From a virus, in IMG/VR virus record IMGVR_UViG_3300032770_000014, positions 1-64,000 of that record: a DNA stretch of 64,000 nucleotides, one strand, 5' to 3'. Within the stretch, counting starts at the first letter, position 1. Every line of letters starts with the position of its first letter. A program made the position numbers and the translations under genes. The notes beneath the pieces were generated by a model that searched no databases, was not told the origin of the DNA, and saw nothing but the letters and a program-made list of their open reading frames with translations. Shown piece after piece: positions 54,841 through 63,972 of the stretch.

Positions 54841-56823
54841 CTACTTTTCCTGAATCTGGACAAGTACATTTTCTTTTGGGTGGTTTGGAACTCTCGTCCT
54901 GAAGTGTTCTAATACAGCAGGATCATGCTCTGGGTCGGGGGGACCAAAACAAAATCCTGGCTGAGTTGGCATACTTCTGAAATTACAAACTCCAGGATAT
55001 GAACAGGCGGTCCGCGTCTGTGGAAAATATTTGTTTAACGCACTCCTTTTGGAGGAATAGCCGCCTTCACGTTCGGCCTGTCTGACCTTCTCTACATCTT
55101 GCGCGACTTGCGTTTCGGCGCTTGCGAGTTGCTCCAGCAGGTCTAGGGTCTCGTCCCGGTTGCGATATTGCACGAGCACCGGCACCAGTTGCTCGGCCAG
55201 CGCGTCCAGCTCCTCGCCATCCTCTCCGAGCGCGCCTTCTTGAACCTTACCCTGATCCAAGAGGTCGATCCACTCGGCCACCTTCATCGTCCTCCACACG
55301 GGACTCTTCTGCCACGACCGGTAATCCAACCTTCTCCCCCTCCCCGACTCGTCCTTCCACTCGTAGGTCCAGGCCCAGCGCCGGTCGTCCGAGGTGATCC
55401 CTTCCTGCTTGTAGGCGCGGACCAGCACCGACTCCTGATTCCAGCGCGGCTCTCCGGGCTGCGCCTTCTTGTTTTCCTTCCGGCTGCCCTTGAGGAGGTA
55501 TTCGTAGCGGACGCCGAGGACGGTGGGGGGGTCAGGAAGGGAGGAGAGCCAATCAGCAGTACGGTCTGAGACCAGCTCGCCGATTCTTGTTTGTAAGATA
55601 TTTACTTTCGCTGACAATTCCTCCATGCGGGAATGATCAAAGTCCGAAGCGCCAGCAGAGTCAATACAAGTACACTCTTCCCGATACTTTCCGCACACGC
55701 GACACTCGTGGTCTTCTCCCAACTCATCATAATGAGCGTCTTCTTGCATCTCAGATGCGTGCTGCTCGGCTACTTCCTTCAATTCCCGCTGTAGATCCCA
55801 CGCCCCTTCCAGCCTCTTCTCCACGTCCACCGCCTCGCTCAGACCCTGCATATCGACCTGCGCGTCCAGTTCCTTCCTGCGGTCCCACGAACCGGTGGTC
55901 TTGAACGACTGTAGATAGAGATAGCCGGTCGATCGTTCGTGCAGCAGAGCGTCGTGGCGGGAGAGGAAATGCAACTCGAACTCTACACCACTCCCCCCAC
56001 ATTTGGGACAAGTCAGCTTAACGGAGTGGTCAAACGTAGAGTCAAACTGCAGCTTACCGCCAGCACAGAATTTGCAAGGCTCCTCTGCCAATTTCCAACA
56101 GCCCTCTCTTTCCACTTCCAAAATGGTGAACGCCTCGTGGATTCCACGCCATCGCCTTCTCGCCCAGCACCTCACCATCGCCTCGACCAGCGCGGCCATC
56201 TCTTCCTTCAACCACTGGTCCTGATCGAACGGCTGATACTGTGCCACTCCCCCCGCGGTCGATTCCATGTTGCACGCAACCGCGACAGGTGGTACCGCTC
56301 CTGGCGCCAGATCCCCAAACTCCACCACGATCGGCGACTCGGCCGCCGGGCCACCCCTTGCAATCGGATTCGCCATCAGATCCGCGAAGTCATTGACCAC
56401 CTCGGGCTGACCCCCGGCGACCGCTGCCGCTGCCTGCCTCTGCCTAGCCTCTTCAGGGTCTAACTCGACTCCCTCGGACCACTCGGCGGTGAAGTCGGCA
56501 AGGGCCGCAGCGACAGCGCGATCCTCGATCTGGCGCGCAGCAGTTTGGCCGTCACCATAGCGGTAATCGAACAGTGCAATCAACTGGTCGGCTAGGGACA
56601 GCTCTGGATACTTTTTGGAAATGTTGTCGAGACCCTGTTGGCCATCGCGCAACAGGATTTCCATGCCGCTGTGCACCGCCGACCCCACGACCAAGTGACT
56701 CGACTTCCTCGCCGGCACGAGTCCGACCCCAGCAGCGCCCTCGTGATACTCTAGCCATCTAAGACGGCGGCATCTCTGGGCAGCCTGTACTCTCGACCGA
56801 TCCGTGAATATCGTCTGTGTCAT
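54841..56823 (-). CDS. PD-(D/E)XK exonuclease-like protein (RecB/Cas4-type) with insertions
   Basis: RCRR.RWLEY, GSAVH, EVE, RHDALL, FKT, C-terminal C..C..C cluster. Confidence 0.7.
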   Translation of the reverse strand: MTQTIFTDRSRVQAAQRCRRLRWLEYHEGAAGVGLVPARKSSHLVVGSAVHSGMEILLRDGQQGLDNISKKYPELSLADQLIALFDYRYGDGQTAARQIEDRAVAAALADFTAEWSEGVELDPEEARQRQAAAAVAGGQPEVVNDFADLMANPIARGGPAAESPIVVEFGDLAPGAVPPVAVACNMESTAGGVAQYQPFDQDQWLKEEMAALVEAMVRCWARRRWRGIHEAFTILEVEREGCWKLAEEPCKFCAGGKLQFDSTFDHSVKLTCPKCGGSGVEFELHFLSRHDALLHERSTGYLYLQSFKTTGSWDRRKELDAQVDMQGLSEAVDVEKRLEGAWDLQRELKEVAEQHASEMQEDAHYDELGEDHECRVCGKYREECTCIDSAGASDFDHSRMEELSAKVNILQTRIGELVSDRTADWLSSLPDPPTVLGVRYEYLLKGSRKENKKAQPGEPRWNQESVLVRAYKQEGITSDDRRWAWTYEWKDESGRGRRLDYRSWQKSPVWRTMKVAEWIDLLDQGKVQEGALGEDGEELDALAEQLVPVLVQYRNRDETLDLLEQLASAETQVAQDVEKVRQAEREGGYSSKRSALNKYFPQTRTACSYPGVCNFRSMPTQPGFCFGPPDPEHDPAVLEHFRTRVPNHPKENVLVQIQEK

Positions 56824-57041
56824 CTCTCCTGTTCCCCCTTCTCCTCTTCTTGCTCCCCCTCCGCTTCCCTCCACTCGGCCTCCCGCGCCGCCTTCTCTTC
56901 TCTCTCCTGGGCCAGCTTCCCTTGGATCATCCCCACCGTCCGGCAGACCTGCTCCCAGTTCGTCGCCGGCCGGATGCCTGGCTGGTCGAGGGGTTGGGGC
57001 GGAGGGAGAGAGGAATCAGAACCATTTTCACAACCATTCAT
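56820..57041 (-). CDS. Hypothetical protein
   Basis: First ORF after promoter; ATGA coupled to nuclease. Confidence 0.5.
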   Translation of the reverse strand: MNGCENGSDSSLPPPQPLDQPGIRPATNWEQVCRTVGMIQGKLAQEREEKAAREAEWREAEGEQEEEKGEQER

Positions 57042-57056
57042 ATATCACCAAACTGA

Positions 57057-57086
57057 ACCCTACCACCCCTCTTCACTACTTGTCAA
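57057..57086 (-). promoter_or_regulatory. Sigma70-type promoter TTGACA-N18-TAGGGT with TG extension
   Basis: Perfect -35 in divergent AT-rich intergenic region. Confidence 0.5.
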
Positions 57087-57434
57087 TACCAAAATTACCA
57101 TAATCTTCAGTTTGTCTGCAGACCTTCTATAGTTGGCAACCTTCCCAACCCCCTCCGCCCCCTTCCACCCCCCCCCCTCCTCCAAGAATCCCCTTGCGTT
57201 CCCGCCGCTCCCGGTCTACAATTCCTTTCGTCCGGGTCGATCTGGCCAGGAAAAGCCCAGACAGCCTGCCCTAACAGGTCGCGTGAATGGGATCGGGCCG
57301 GTCCCCCAAGGCCGGCCCAGTCACCTTCCAAGACCTCGGTCAGGCAAATTCACGCGATTATCCACGCCGTCAGATTCCCCCACCGACGCCACGGGATATT
57401 TGTGCTCATGCAACTCCAGAAAAGGAGCACGCTG

Positions 57435-58655
57435 ATGTACGACGACGAGTATGACGACCATCATGACAATGACTATTCTGGTGACTATTCTGATGACTAT
57501 TCTGGTGATCCTACAGACTTTAGAAATTTTGATACCGCGTCAATCTATAATCCCGAGGAGCCGGACACCTCCCCGGCTCCGGCAGCGGCCTTACCCCCTC
57601 CTCTCCCCCTCTCCACCCGCGCCCCTGCCCCCGTCCCGGCCCCAGCTCTAGCCCCTCCTCCCTCCCTCCTCTATTCCCTTGACGCGACCGTGCCCGGCCT
57701 GTTCGCGCGCCGATCGATCAATATCATCGTGGGAGACGCCAAGACCGGCCGACTGCGCTTCGCCCTGACTCACCTCAATACCTATGCCGATCCTGAGAAT
57801 CCACTCTTCCTTGACCACCCCGTATCCAGACCCGTCCAGCTTGGCTGCCTTCTCTGCCTCCGCGATGATAGCCGCACCTTCAACGACATCCGCGGCATGG
57901 CGCTTTCCAACCTTGAGCGGCCAGGAGTCTTCCCTACGGAGCGCTGGTACCCCTCCAAAGTCGATGAGAGCGAGCCGCTGCACTTCCTGAAACAGCCATA
58001 CGATCTGCTCTCCAACTCACATAAAGGACGCATTCGCAACGGCCCTCCGCACTTCATCCTTATCGAGAACCTGCAGCTCCTCCTCCACGGCGACACGACC
58101 AAAGAGAAGGATGTGGTCGTGTTTCTGGATCTTCTGCGCGAGTTCTGCAACGACAAGGACGTGACCATACTGGGGACTGTTGGCACTCCCAAGATGCAGA
58201 AAGGCACATCCTATTCTTCCCACTGCCAGCGCATCCGCGGCGCTTCAGTGTGGGCCGAAGGCGCCGACACGGTAATCAGTATCGAAGAGGCGCGCGCCAG
58301 TTCCAAGACTGGCCTGACGCCTATGGATGCCGAACTCTATCGCCGGGTGACCTTAATCCCACCAGGCCAGCCCCGCTCTTACCTATGGACCCGGTTCACC
58401 CTCGACGGCCAGCTCCCTCTTGTCAGCGCACCCCAGGCCGAGATGATCACGGGACAGGGACTCATGGACCAGATGCTCGACCTGGTTGAACCCAACGCCG
58501 TGCTCAGTCGGTCAGATTTCATGTCGTGGGGAGCCAAAGCAGGGTCCAGCGGTCGAACGGTAGACAGGTGGATCGCGGCGTGCGTCAGGTTCAATCTGCT
58601 ACAGAAAAACGGCAGCGGACCAGCCACAACGTACACCAAATCGGTGCCAAATTAG
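57435..58655 (+). CDS. RecA/AAA_25-like protein with degenerate Walker motifs and C-terminal winged helix
   Basis: IIVGDAKTGRL, FILIENL, RIRGASVW..ADTVI; AAAGGAG RBS; SGRTVDRW..LLQK wHTH. Confidence 0.65.
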   Translation: MYDDEYDDHHDNDYSGDYSDDYSGDPTDFRNFDTASIYNPEEPDTSPAPAAALPPPLPLSTRAPAPVPAPALAPPPSLLYSLDATVPGLFARRSINIIVGDAKTGRLRFALTHLNTYADPENPLFLDHPVSRPVQLGCLLCLRDDSRTFNDIRGMALSNLERPGVFPTERWYPSKVDESEPLHFLKQPYDLLSNSHKGRIRNGPPHFILIENLQLLLHGDTTKEKDVVVFLDLLREFCNDKDVTILGTVGTPKMQKGTSYSSHCQRIRGASVWAEGADTVISIEEARASSKTGLTPMDAELYRRVTLIPPGQPRSYLWTRFTLDGQLPLVSAPQAEMITGQGLMDQMLDLVEPNAVLSRSDFMSWGAKAGSSGRTVDRWIAACVRFNLLQKNGSGPATTYTKSVPN

Positions 58656-58721
58656 CGCACCACAATATACGACGCCATCCCACATAATGAAACGTGCTCT
58701 ATACACTAGATAGATATAGGG

Positions 58722-58892
58722 TGGCAACATGTCAACATAGACTTAACTTCAATCCCACCACAGAGTTAATGTTGCCACGGGCTTGGCAACATATGGCTGT
58801 ATTCGTAGCCACCTCGCCTAATCTTGCCAACCCAATTGGCAACATTAAACCGCACATTACACTAGACTTAACCCTATGTTGCCATCTTGCCA
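58722..58892. repeat. Iteron-like TGGCAACAT repeats; candidate replication origin
   Basis: TGGCAACAT at 58722, 58784, 58837; inverted at 58769, 58876; TAGACTTAAC twice; AT-rich. Confidence 0.65.
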
Positions 58893-59063
58893 CTATATTG
58901 CCCCGTTACACTTTAGTACCTTTCCATTTCCTTCGCCTTCACCATCACCTCTTCACTGCCTCCCTGCCACCTCCCCCGCCACCTCTAGCTTGCACTCCGC
59001 CGCCGTCTTCCAGACCGCTCCCCGCTCCCCTCCGACCCCTCGGAACTGCCAGCCTCCCAGGAC

Positions 59064-59801
59064 TTGCTGAATCCGTCCGGCCAGCCGTCCCTGCTGCCTG
59101 ACTTCGATAACGATTCGCACCCGGCCATTGGGCAACGGCTTAACAATACGGCGGAAATCGATCCCCTGATCTGTCATACTGGACTTGTGACCCTCGCCGT
59201 TGAGTCCGTCCCGCTTGTTCTGACCCCTCGACTTTTGCATCTTCCTCCTCGTGCCTCTACTGGCACTACCACCACCACCACTGCCACCGCTACCACCGTC
59301 GAACCACCCGCCTGCGCGATCCGCTGGCCTTCGCTCGGCGTCCAGCTCCGATTCCAGGTCTCCCTCTCTGGCGACGGCGTGCCCAGTTCCCTCGTCCTCC
59401 CTCGCCAGCCCATCAGCATCAGCCCCCCGCGGTGGATTCCCAGCCAGACCATTCGCCTCTGCTCCGACCTCATCCCTCCCTACCCCCCGCGCCAACTCCC
59501 CTCTCGCCGACTGTGGTTCTGCTGCCCGAGCCGCGGCTGCCATCGCCGCTGCTCCCGGCTCTACCTGCCCGACCGCGCTGGCCGCTTCCGCTGCCGCCTC
59601 TGCTACCACCTCCAGCATGCCTCCCTGCTCCAGCATCGTCACCGGCTGGTCGCCGCAGCCCGAGCCCCCCTGCCCCCCTCTACTCTTCGCCTCCTGCCGG
59701 CCCTCCCGCTCTGGTACCGTTGGCACACGAACGGGAAATGGTGGAAGAATTGCTGGCGCGGCGCGGAGTGGGAAGTCGTTATGGAGCAGCCGTTGCCCTA
59801 A
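59064..59801 (+). CDS. Zinc-binding hypothetical protein (WFxCP..C.RR..LY..F.CR.C family)
   Basis: RRLWFCCPSRGCHRRCSRLYLP..FRCRLCYHL; start uncertain. Confidence 0.6.
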   Translation: MLNPSGQPSLLPDFDNDSHPAIGQRLNNTAEIDPLICHTGLVTLAVESVPLVLTPRLLHLPPRASTGTTTTTTATATTVEPPACAIRWPSLGVQLRFQVSLSGDGVPSSLVLPRQPISISPPRWIPSQTIRLCSDLIPPYPPRQLPSRRLWFCCPSRGCHRRCSRLYLPDRAGRFRCRLCYHLQHASLLQHRHRLVAAARAPLPPSTLRLLPALPLWYRWHTNGKWWKNCWRGAEWEVVMEQPLP

Positions 59802-60093
59802 GAGGAACACTGGCCAGGATGGTTGTCGGCTGACCCTCTTCCTTCCTGCTCCCTCCCCGGCCCTCCCGCAGGATCTCTAGGCAGACCTGCGCGGTCCATT
59901 CCGCGCACTCCAGAGTCCCACGCAAGAACTTCTCTTCCTCTCGATCGTGCTCTTGGGCTAGCTTGGCACGGCAGTCGGCCGCTTGGGCCAGCGAGTCCCT
60001 CCGGACCCGGCGCGCCAAGGCCAGGTCGCGGCTGTAAAGGGAATAGTCGGCAGACTGATGCGCCGGACGAGTGCACTGCTTTGGTGATTTCAT
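59779..60093 (-). CDS. Hypothetical protein
   Basis: GGAGGAGG RBS. Confidence 0.55.
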   Translation of the reverse strand: MKSPKQCTRPAHQSADYSLYSRDLALARRVRRDSLAQAADCRAKLAQEHDREEEKFLRGTLECAEWTAQVCLEILREGRGGSRKEEGQPTTILASVPLRATAAP

Positions 60094-60337
60094 TCCAAAA
60101 TTCCTCCTCCTCCGTTGATGTTGCAAACCCTAGTTCCTCCCTCCCTTGCCTGCCCACTTGCCCACCCCCCTCCCCTCGACCAAGGCGGGAGGGAGGCCGG
60201 CCGGGCCAATCCCCAGCGGCCTCCCCTCTTGGCGGGCGCCCGTGAGAGCTGCCGTTCGCCATTCCTGGTGAACCTCTCCGGGCGGGTGCAGGTGGGCGGT
60301 GGTGCGAGAGGTTGAGTGAGGATTCCGCTGGGCGCGG

Positions 60338-60490
60338 TTAGTCTTCGTCTTCTTTCATTTTGACGTGGAGTTCTTCCAGCGTTTCTCTCAACTGGTCGCA
60401 CTCGTAGATGATTTGCCCGATTCCAATGTCAGTGAGTTCTTCCGGTTCAACGAATTTGTCTTCCAAGTCGATGATCTTTAGGCGTACCAT
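60338..60490 (-). CDS. Small acidic protein (50 aa)
   Basis: GGAGGAG RBS; MVRLKIIDLEDKF.. Confidence 0.55.
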   Translation of the reverse strand: MVRLKIIDLEDKFVEPEELTDIGIGQIIYECDQLRETLEELHVKMKEDED

Positions 60491-60509
60491 CTTTTCTCCT
60501 CCCCCTCAA

Positions 60510-60767
60510 TTAGGAAGCCAAAATCACCCCAGCCAGCAAAACCCCTGCCAGCCAGACCCAGACCCAGGCCGGCACCCTGCCCCAGCTCCTGCCCCAGCTC
60601 CGCCATATCCCCGGCCGGCAATAAACCACCCCGGCCAGCCGGTACGGCCGTTGCTCGCGGATCTCGGCCAGCAAAACCGCTTCCCGGTCGGGCCGATGCT
60701 GCCCTGCCTGCTCTGTCTGGCCTGCCTGCCCGGCCTGCCATAGCGCATTACATCGATCTTGCGTCAT
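60510..60767 (-). CDS. Small membrane protein
   Basis: C-terminal TM helix. Confidence 0.5.
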   Translation of the reverse strand: MTQDRCNALWQAGQAGQTEQAGQHRPDREAVLLAEIREQRPYRLAGVVYCRPGIWRSWGRSWGRVPAWVWVWLAGVLLAGVILAS

Positions 60768-60768
60768 T

Positions 60769-61458
60769 TCACCGTACCCCCACCGATAAATCATGCCCAA
60801 AGTAGTCAATTCCTAACTTCTCCTCGATTCCATAAGGCAAGAATGGGTTATACACCCGCGGATTGACCCCACGGCCCCAACACGCTTTCATCCAATCCTT
60901 GAGACTTTGCGCCGGCCTGCGCTTCAACAGTTCCCATCCTGCGGTGCTGCAATCGACAAACACACCCCAGTCTTGATAGGTAATACCCCACTTGTCTCTA
61001 AATGGAGTGCCAACCTTCCGCAGTTCAGCCTTGAATCCGTTAAACCTCGCTCGCTCTGCCTGGTGCTCTGCAGCCTCCCGCGTGTACTTCTCGCACCCAT
61101 ACCCCTGTGAGGCATAAGATCCTGAATAGACAGTAGAGACGTGGTTTAGCTCCAGCGTGTGATCTGGGAGGCACTCTCGTGCAATAGCGTCTAGTTTCTC
61201 CTCTAGTGCCTTCTCTGCCGGCCGGTATACTTCTTTCAGCCATACGTCCGCGCGCGCCCTGAAGTCAGCGTCAATGGCTACCCCGTTTGGGCACTGCGAA
61301 AATTTTTCTCGTGAATACCGGCGCCGCGGAAAAGCTGTCTTGTAATCCGCTGCCAGTGCTGCGGTCAGCTCTCCGTTCATCTCGTCTGACTTTTGCCGCA
61401 GTGTAGGCCATAATGCCTGCAGTTCTGTTAGTGTTTTCTCAAAGTCTTGAAAGTTCAT
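60769..61458 (-). CDS. Hypothetical protein
   Basis: AAGGAGG RBS; 229 aa. Confidence 0.65.
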   Translation of the reverse strand: MNFQDFEKTLTELQALWPTLRQKSDEMNGELTAALAADYKTAFPRRRYSREKFSQCPNGVAIDADFRARADVWLKEVYRPAEKALEEKLDAIARECLPDHTLELNHVSTVYSGSYASQGYGCEKYTREAAEHQAERARFNGFKAELRKVGTPFRDKWGITYQDWGVFVDCSTAGWELLKRRPAQSLKDWMKACWGRGVNPRVYNPFLPYGIEEKLGIDYFGHDLSVGVR

Positions 61459-61494
61459 CTTACAATCCTCCTTCGCGTGTGATCTCTCTCTGTC

Positions 61495-61782
61495 TCACAG
61501 CATCCCCCAGACTCGCGCCCACCACCACGGCGCCAGAATCACCCCCCAAGCCACGACGGCCAGCGCGAGCAGGATCAGCAGCACTCCCCACGGCGGGAGA
61601 GCAAACTTAGGCCTGCCCTCCTCGACCTCGACCTCGACCTCTGCCTGCGCTCCTGCCCCTATCCCTCCCCGCGCCCTCTCTCCCGCGCGCGCCATTGCCT
61701 GCATCTCTGCCAGCTCCGCCGGCCGTGGCATGATCCCGTACCGCGCCAGCACTCGTAACGTCACTAACTGAGTCTCTGTCAT
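61495..61782 (-). CDS. Small membrane protein
   Basis: C-terminal TM helix; GGAGG RBS. Confidence 0.55.
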   Translation of the reverse strand: MTETQLVTLRVLARYGIMPRPAELAEMQAMARAGERARGGIGAGAQAEVEVEVEEGRPKFALPPWGVLLILLALAVVAWGVILAPWWWARVWGML

Positions 61783-61785
61783 CTC

Positions 61786-61977
61786 TCATCGCCTCCATTC
61801 TGCCTGCTCGGCGTACCACTCGGACCTCGGCCGCTCCGCTGGCCCGAACTCTCCCCGGACCCACTCAACCCGGCGCAGATACTTGCGACCCCGCCGGGTC
61901 AGCACAAGCGGAATACTCTCTGCGACTATCCAGCTGATAGTGATAGTCCAAGGAATCCAATGCATTAGATCGTACAT
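61786..61977 (-). CDS. Small membrane protein
   Basis: N-terminal hydrophobic helix; GAGG RBS. Confidence 0.5.
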   Translation of the reverse strand: MYDLMHWIPWTITISWIVAESIPLVLTRRGRKYLRRVEWVRGEFGPAERPRSEWYAEQAEWRR

Positions 61978-62073
61978 GGTCTAACCTCTCGCTCGCCAGC
62001 TCTCGCCTGCGCACATTTCCTGTATGCGGGGGATTCGCGCCCCCCCCCCTCGCCTGCCCTTCCCTTAACCCCG

Positions 62074-62703
62074 CTAACTCATCTCTCTAACCGCTGCCGC
62101 AATGGCTCTCTTGTTGAATCCCATCTCGTACAAGATCCTCCTCAGCTCGCTCAACTGATTCCGTTCCTCTTCGCGGATGTAGGACTCTTCAGAGTCAGAC
62201 TCGATCCCCCAGAGTCCGCCCGAGGTCACTTTCTGACAGACTCCGCCGATAACCACTTCGGCCTTGGCGCCGATGCCAATGAATACCCAGTTTCCCCTCT
62301 GCAAACCTTCCATCCGCGCGTAGTCCTGCGCGACATACTTCCGGATCTCTTCCGGAGTGTTGCCGTCAATCGGCTGCCCTTTTTCGTCAACGTAATTGAA
62401 AGAGGGATTGAAATAACGATACTCGCGGTGATTCCATTCCCCACACTCGCACTCATATTCTGGACATACTTCGCTGCAGTCGGTTGCCTCACATTTCAAG
62501 CAACGTCCCTCTGCCTCACTCCAATCGTGCGTGTTCGTGTAATCGCCCTGAGACGTGCGTAGTGGGCAATCCTCCTCGTGCGCGCGGTCAATCGAGAATT
62601 CGCTTGTCCGCCGATTCGAGTACTCCCCCAACCAACTCGTGTCAGGGTCTGTGTCGTCCATCCGCTCTAGTTCGATCTTGAGAATGCGTTTCGTCTGTTT
62701 CAT
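62074..62703 (-). CDS. Hypothetical early protein
   Basis: DTDPDTSWLGEY and SGGLWGIESDS motifs; GAGGAG RBS. Confidence 0.65.
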   Translation of the reverse strand: MKQTKRILKIELERMDDTDPDTSWLGEYSNRRTSEFSIDRAHEEDCPLRTSQGDYTNTHDWSEAEGRCLKCEATDCSEVCPEYECECGEWNHREYRYFNPSFNYVDEKGQPIDGNTPEEIRKYVAQDYARMEGLQRGNWVFIGIGAKAEVVIGGVCQKVTSGGLWGIESDSEESYIREEERNQLSELRRILYEMGFNKRAIAAAVREMS

Positions 62704-62753
62704 GGCGTCTTTTCTCCTCTTCGTCGGCACCTCCGCCGGCCGGTTTACCTGCG

Positions 62754-63002
62754 TTACGCTTTGACCCACATGTGAAACGGACCGTCAAACCTGTATTCTT
62801 GTCCGTTTGGCGCCATGGCGCGCAATGTAGGCAGATTCCCGTTATACCCTTGCTCATCCATCCACATGGCGAATCCCCAGTCTTGCAAAGATTCGCCACA
62901 CCAGAACTTGACCGTGCAGGAGATCCGGTTAATGTCCGTGCGCATCGCAACCTGAATGCGCGCCAAGCGTGCAGCTGATGTATCGCTGTAGGCCATTGTC
63001 AT
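62754..63002 (-). CDS. Hypothetical protein
   Basis: AAGGAGG RBS. Confidence 0.6.
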   Translation of the reverse strand: MTMAYSDTSAARLARIQVAMRTDINRISCTVKFWCGESLQDWGFAMWMDEQGYNGNLPTLRAMAPNGQEYRFDGPFHMWVKA

Positions 63003-63009
63003 TTCCTCC

Positions 63010-63105
63010 TTACCTGCGAGTCTGAATCCGTGCCAGCGCAACGGCCAGCACGAGGAAAACTGCGGGTATTGCGTACACGGGGCAGACAGTCATAACTTGC
63101 GTCAT
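63010..63105 (-). CDS. Very small hydrophobic peptide (31 aa)
   Basis: Fills gap between neighbours; hydrophobic core then basic tail. Confidence 0.35.
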   Translation of the reverse strand: MTQVMTVCPVYAIPAVFLVLAVALARIQTRR

Positions 63106-63107
63106 TT

Positions 63108-63239
63108 CTACTTGCTCCACGTCTGGTACTCGTCCATGGTCGCAAACACCGCGTATCCTCCACACACCTTGACGATCTTCGCGGCATCGCGGTACCAGTC
63201 TTTAATCTGTTTCAGTGTGTACCCAGTTATCAGTCTCAT
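63108..63239 (-). CDS. Small hypothetical protein (43 aa)
   Basis: Strong RBS; AAKIVKVCGGYAVF..EY..W motif. Confidence 0.55.
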   Translation of the reverse strand: MRLITGYTLKQIKDWYRDAAKIVKVCGGYAVFATMDEYQTWSK

Positions 63240-63351
63240 CTCACTCCCTCCTCCTCTGCTACCCATACCCCCCAAGCATGACCCCTACTCCATCCATACT
63301 TCTCACATCTCCCAGCCATCCCCTAGCCCCCCCCCCGGCCCTCTTGTTGAT

Positions 63352-63924
63352 TTAGTCCGCTCCAACCGCAACCTCTTTAGAATCAGCAAGATACTTATAC
63401 AAACTCTGTCTACTGACTCCCATCTCTCTCGAAACACGAGACTTAGACACCCCCGCTGCCAGTTTCCCTCGAATCTCGTCTATATCCTGTTGATTTAAAA
63501 CGGGTTTGCGCCCTTTATACTTCCCAGCCAATTTTGCCAGTGCTATTCCCTCGCGCTGCCTCTCAAGAATCAAACTGCGCTCAAATTCGGCTACCGCTCC
63601 GAGTAAGTTCAACAATAATATAGACATAGGCGAATCTTGTCCGGTGAATTGGACATTCTCTTTTACAAACTCGACTCGGACTCCCTTGACGATCAACTGG
63701 TCTACAATTTTCCGTAGATCGATCAAATTGCGCGCCAGGCGGTCCATCGAATGCACCAGGACGGTATCGCCGGCGCGCGCAAACTCTATCATTTCCAGTA
63801 ACTTAGGACGCGCACAGTCTTTGCCTGAGGCTTTGTCTTCGAAGATCCGGTCAACCTGGGCGCCCTCGAGCTGGCGCGCTGTGTTCTGGTCGATCGTTGA
63901 GACGCGGCGGTATCCGATGCGCAT
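63352..63924 (-). CDS. Small serine recombinase (resolvase/invertase family)
   Basis: GYRRVSTIDQ, DKASG..RP, DRLAR, AEFER..ERQREG, C-terminal HTH GVSRQSLY. Confidence 0.95.
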   Translation of the reverse strand: MRIGYRRVSTIDQNTARQLEGAQVDRIFEDKASGKDCARPKLLEMIEFARAGDTVLVHSMDRLARNLIDLRKIVDQLIVKGVRVEFVKENVQFTGQDSPMSILLLNLLGAVAEFERSLILERQREGIALAKLAGKYKGRKPVLNQQDIDEIRGKLAAGVSKSRVSREMGVSRQSLYKYLADSKEVAVGAD

Positions 63925-63945
63925 GACGGTGACTCGACTCTCTGG

Positions 63946-63972
63946 TAAGTTAGTCTAAGTTGGACTAACTTA
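63946..63972. promoter_or_regulatory. Inverted repeat, probable res-type binding site
   Basis: TAAGTTAGTC-N7-GACTAACTTA perfect 10-bp inverted repeat just upstream of resolvase. Confidence 0.6.
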
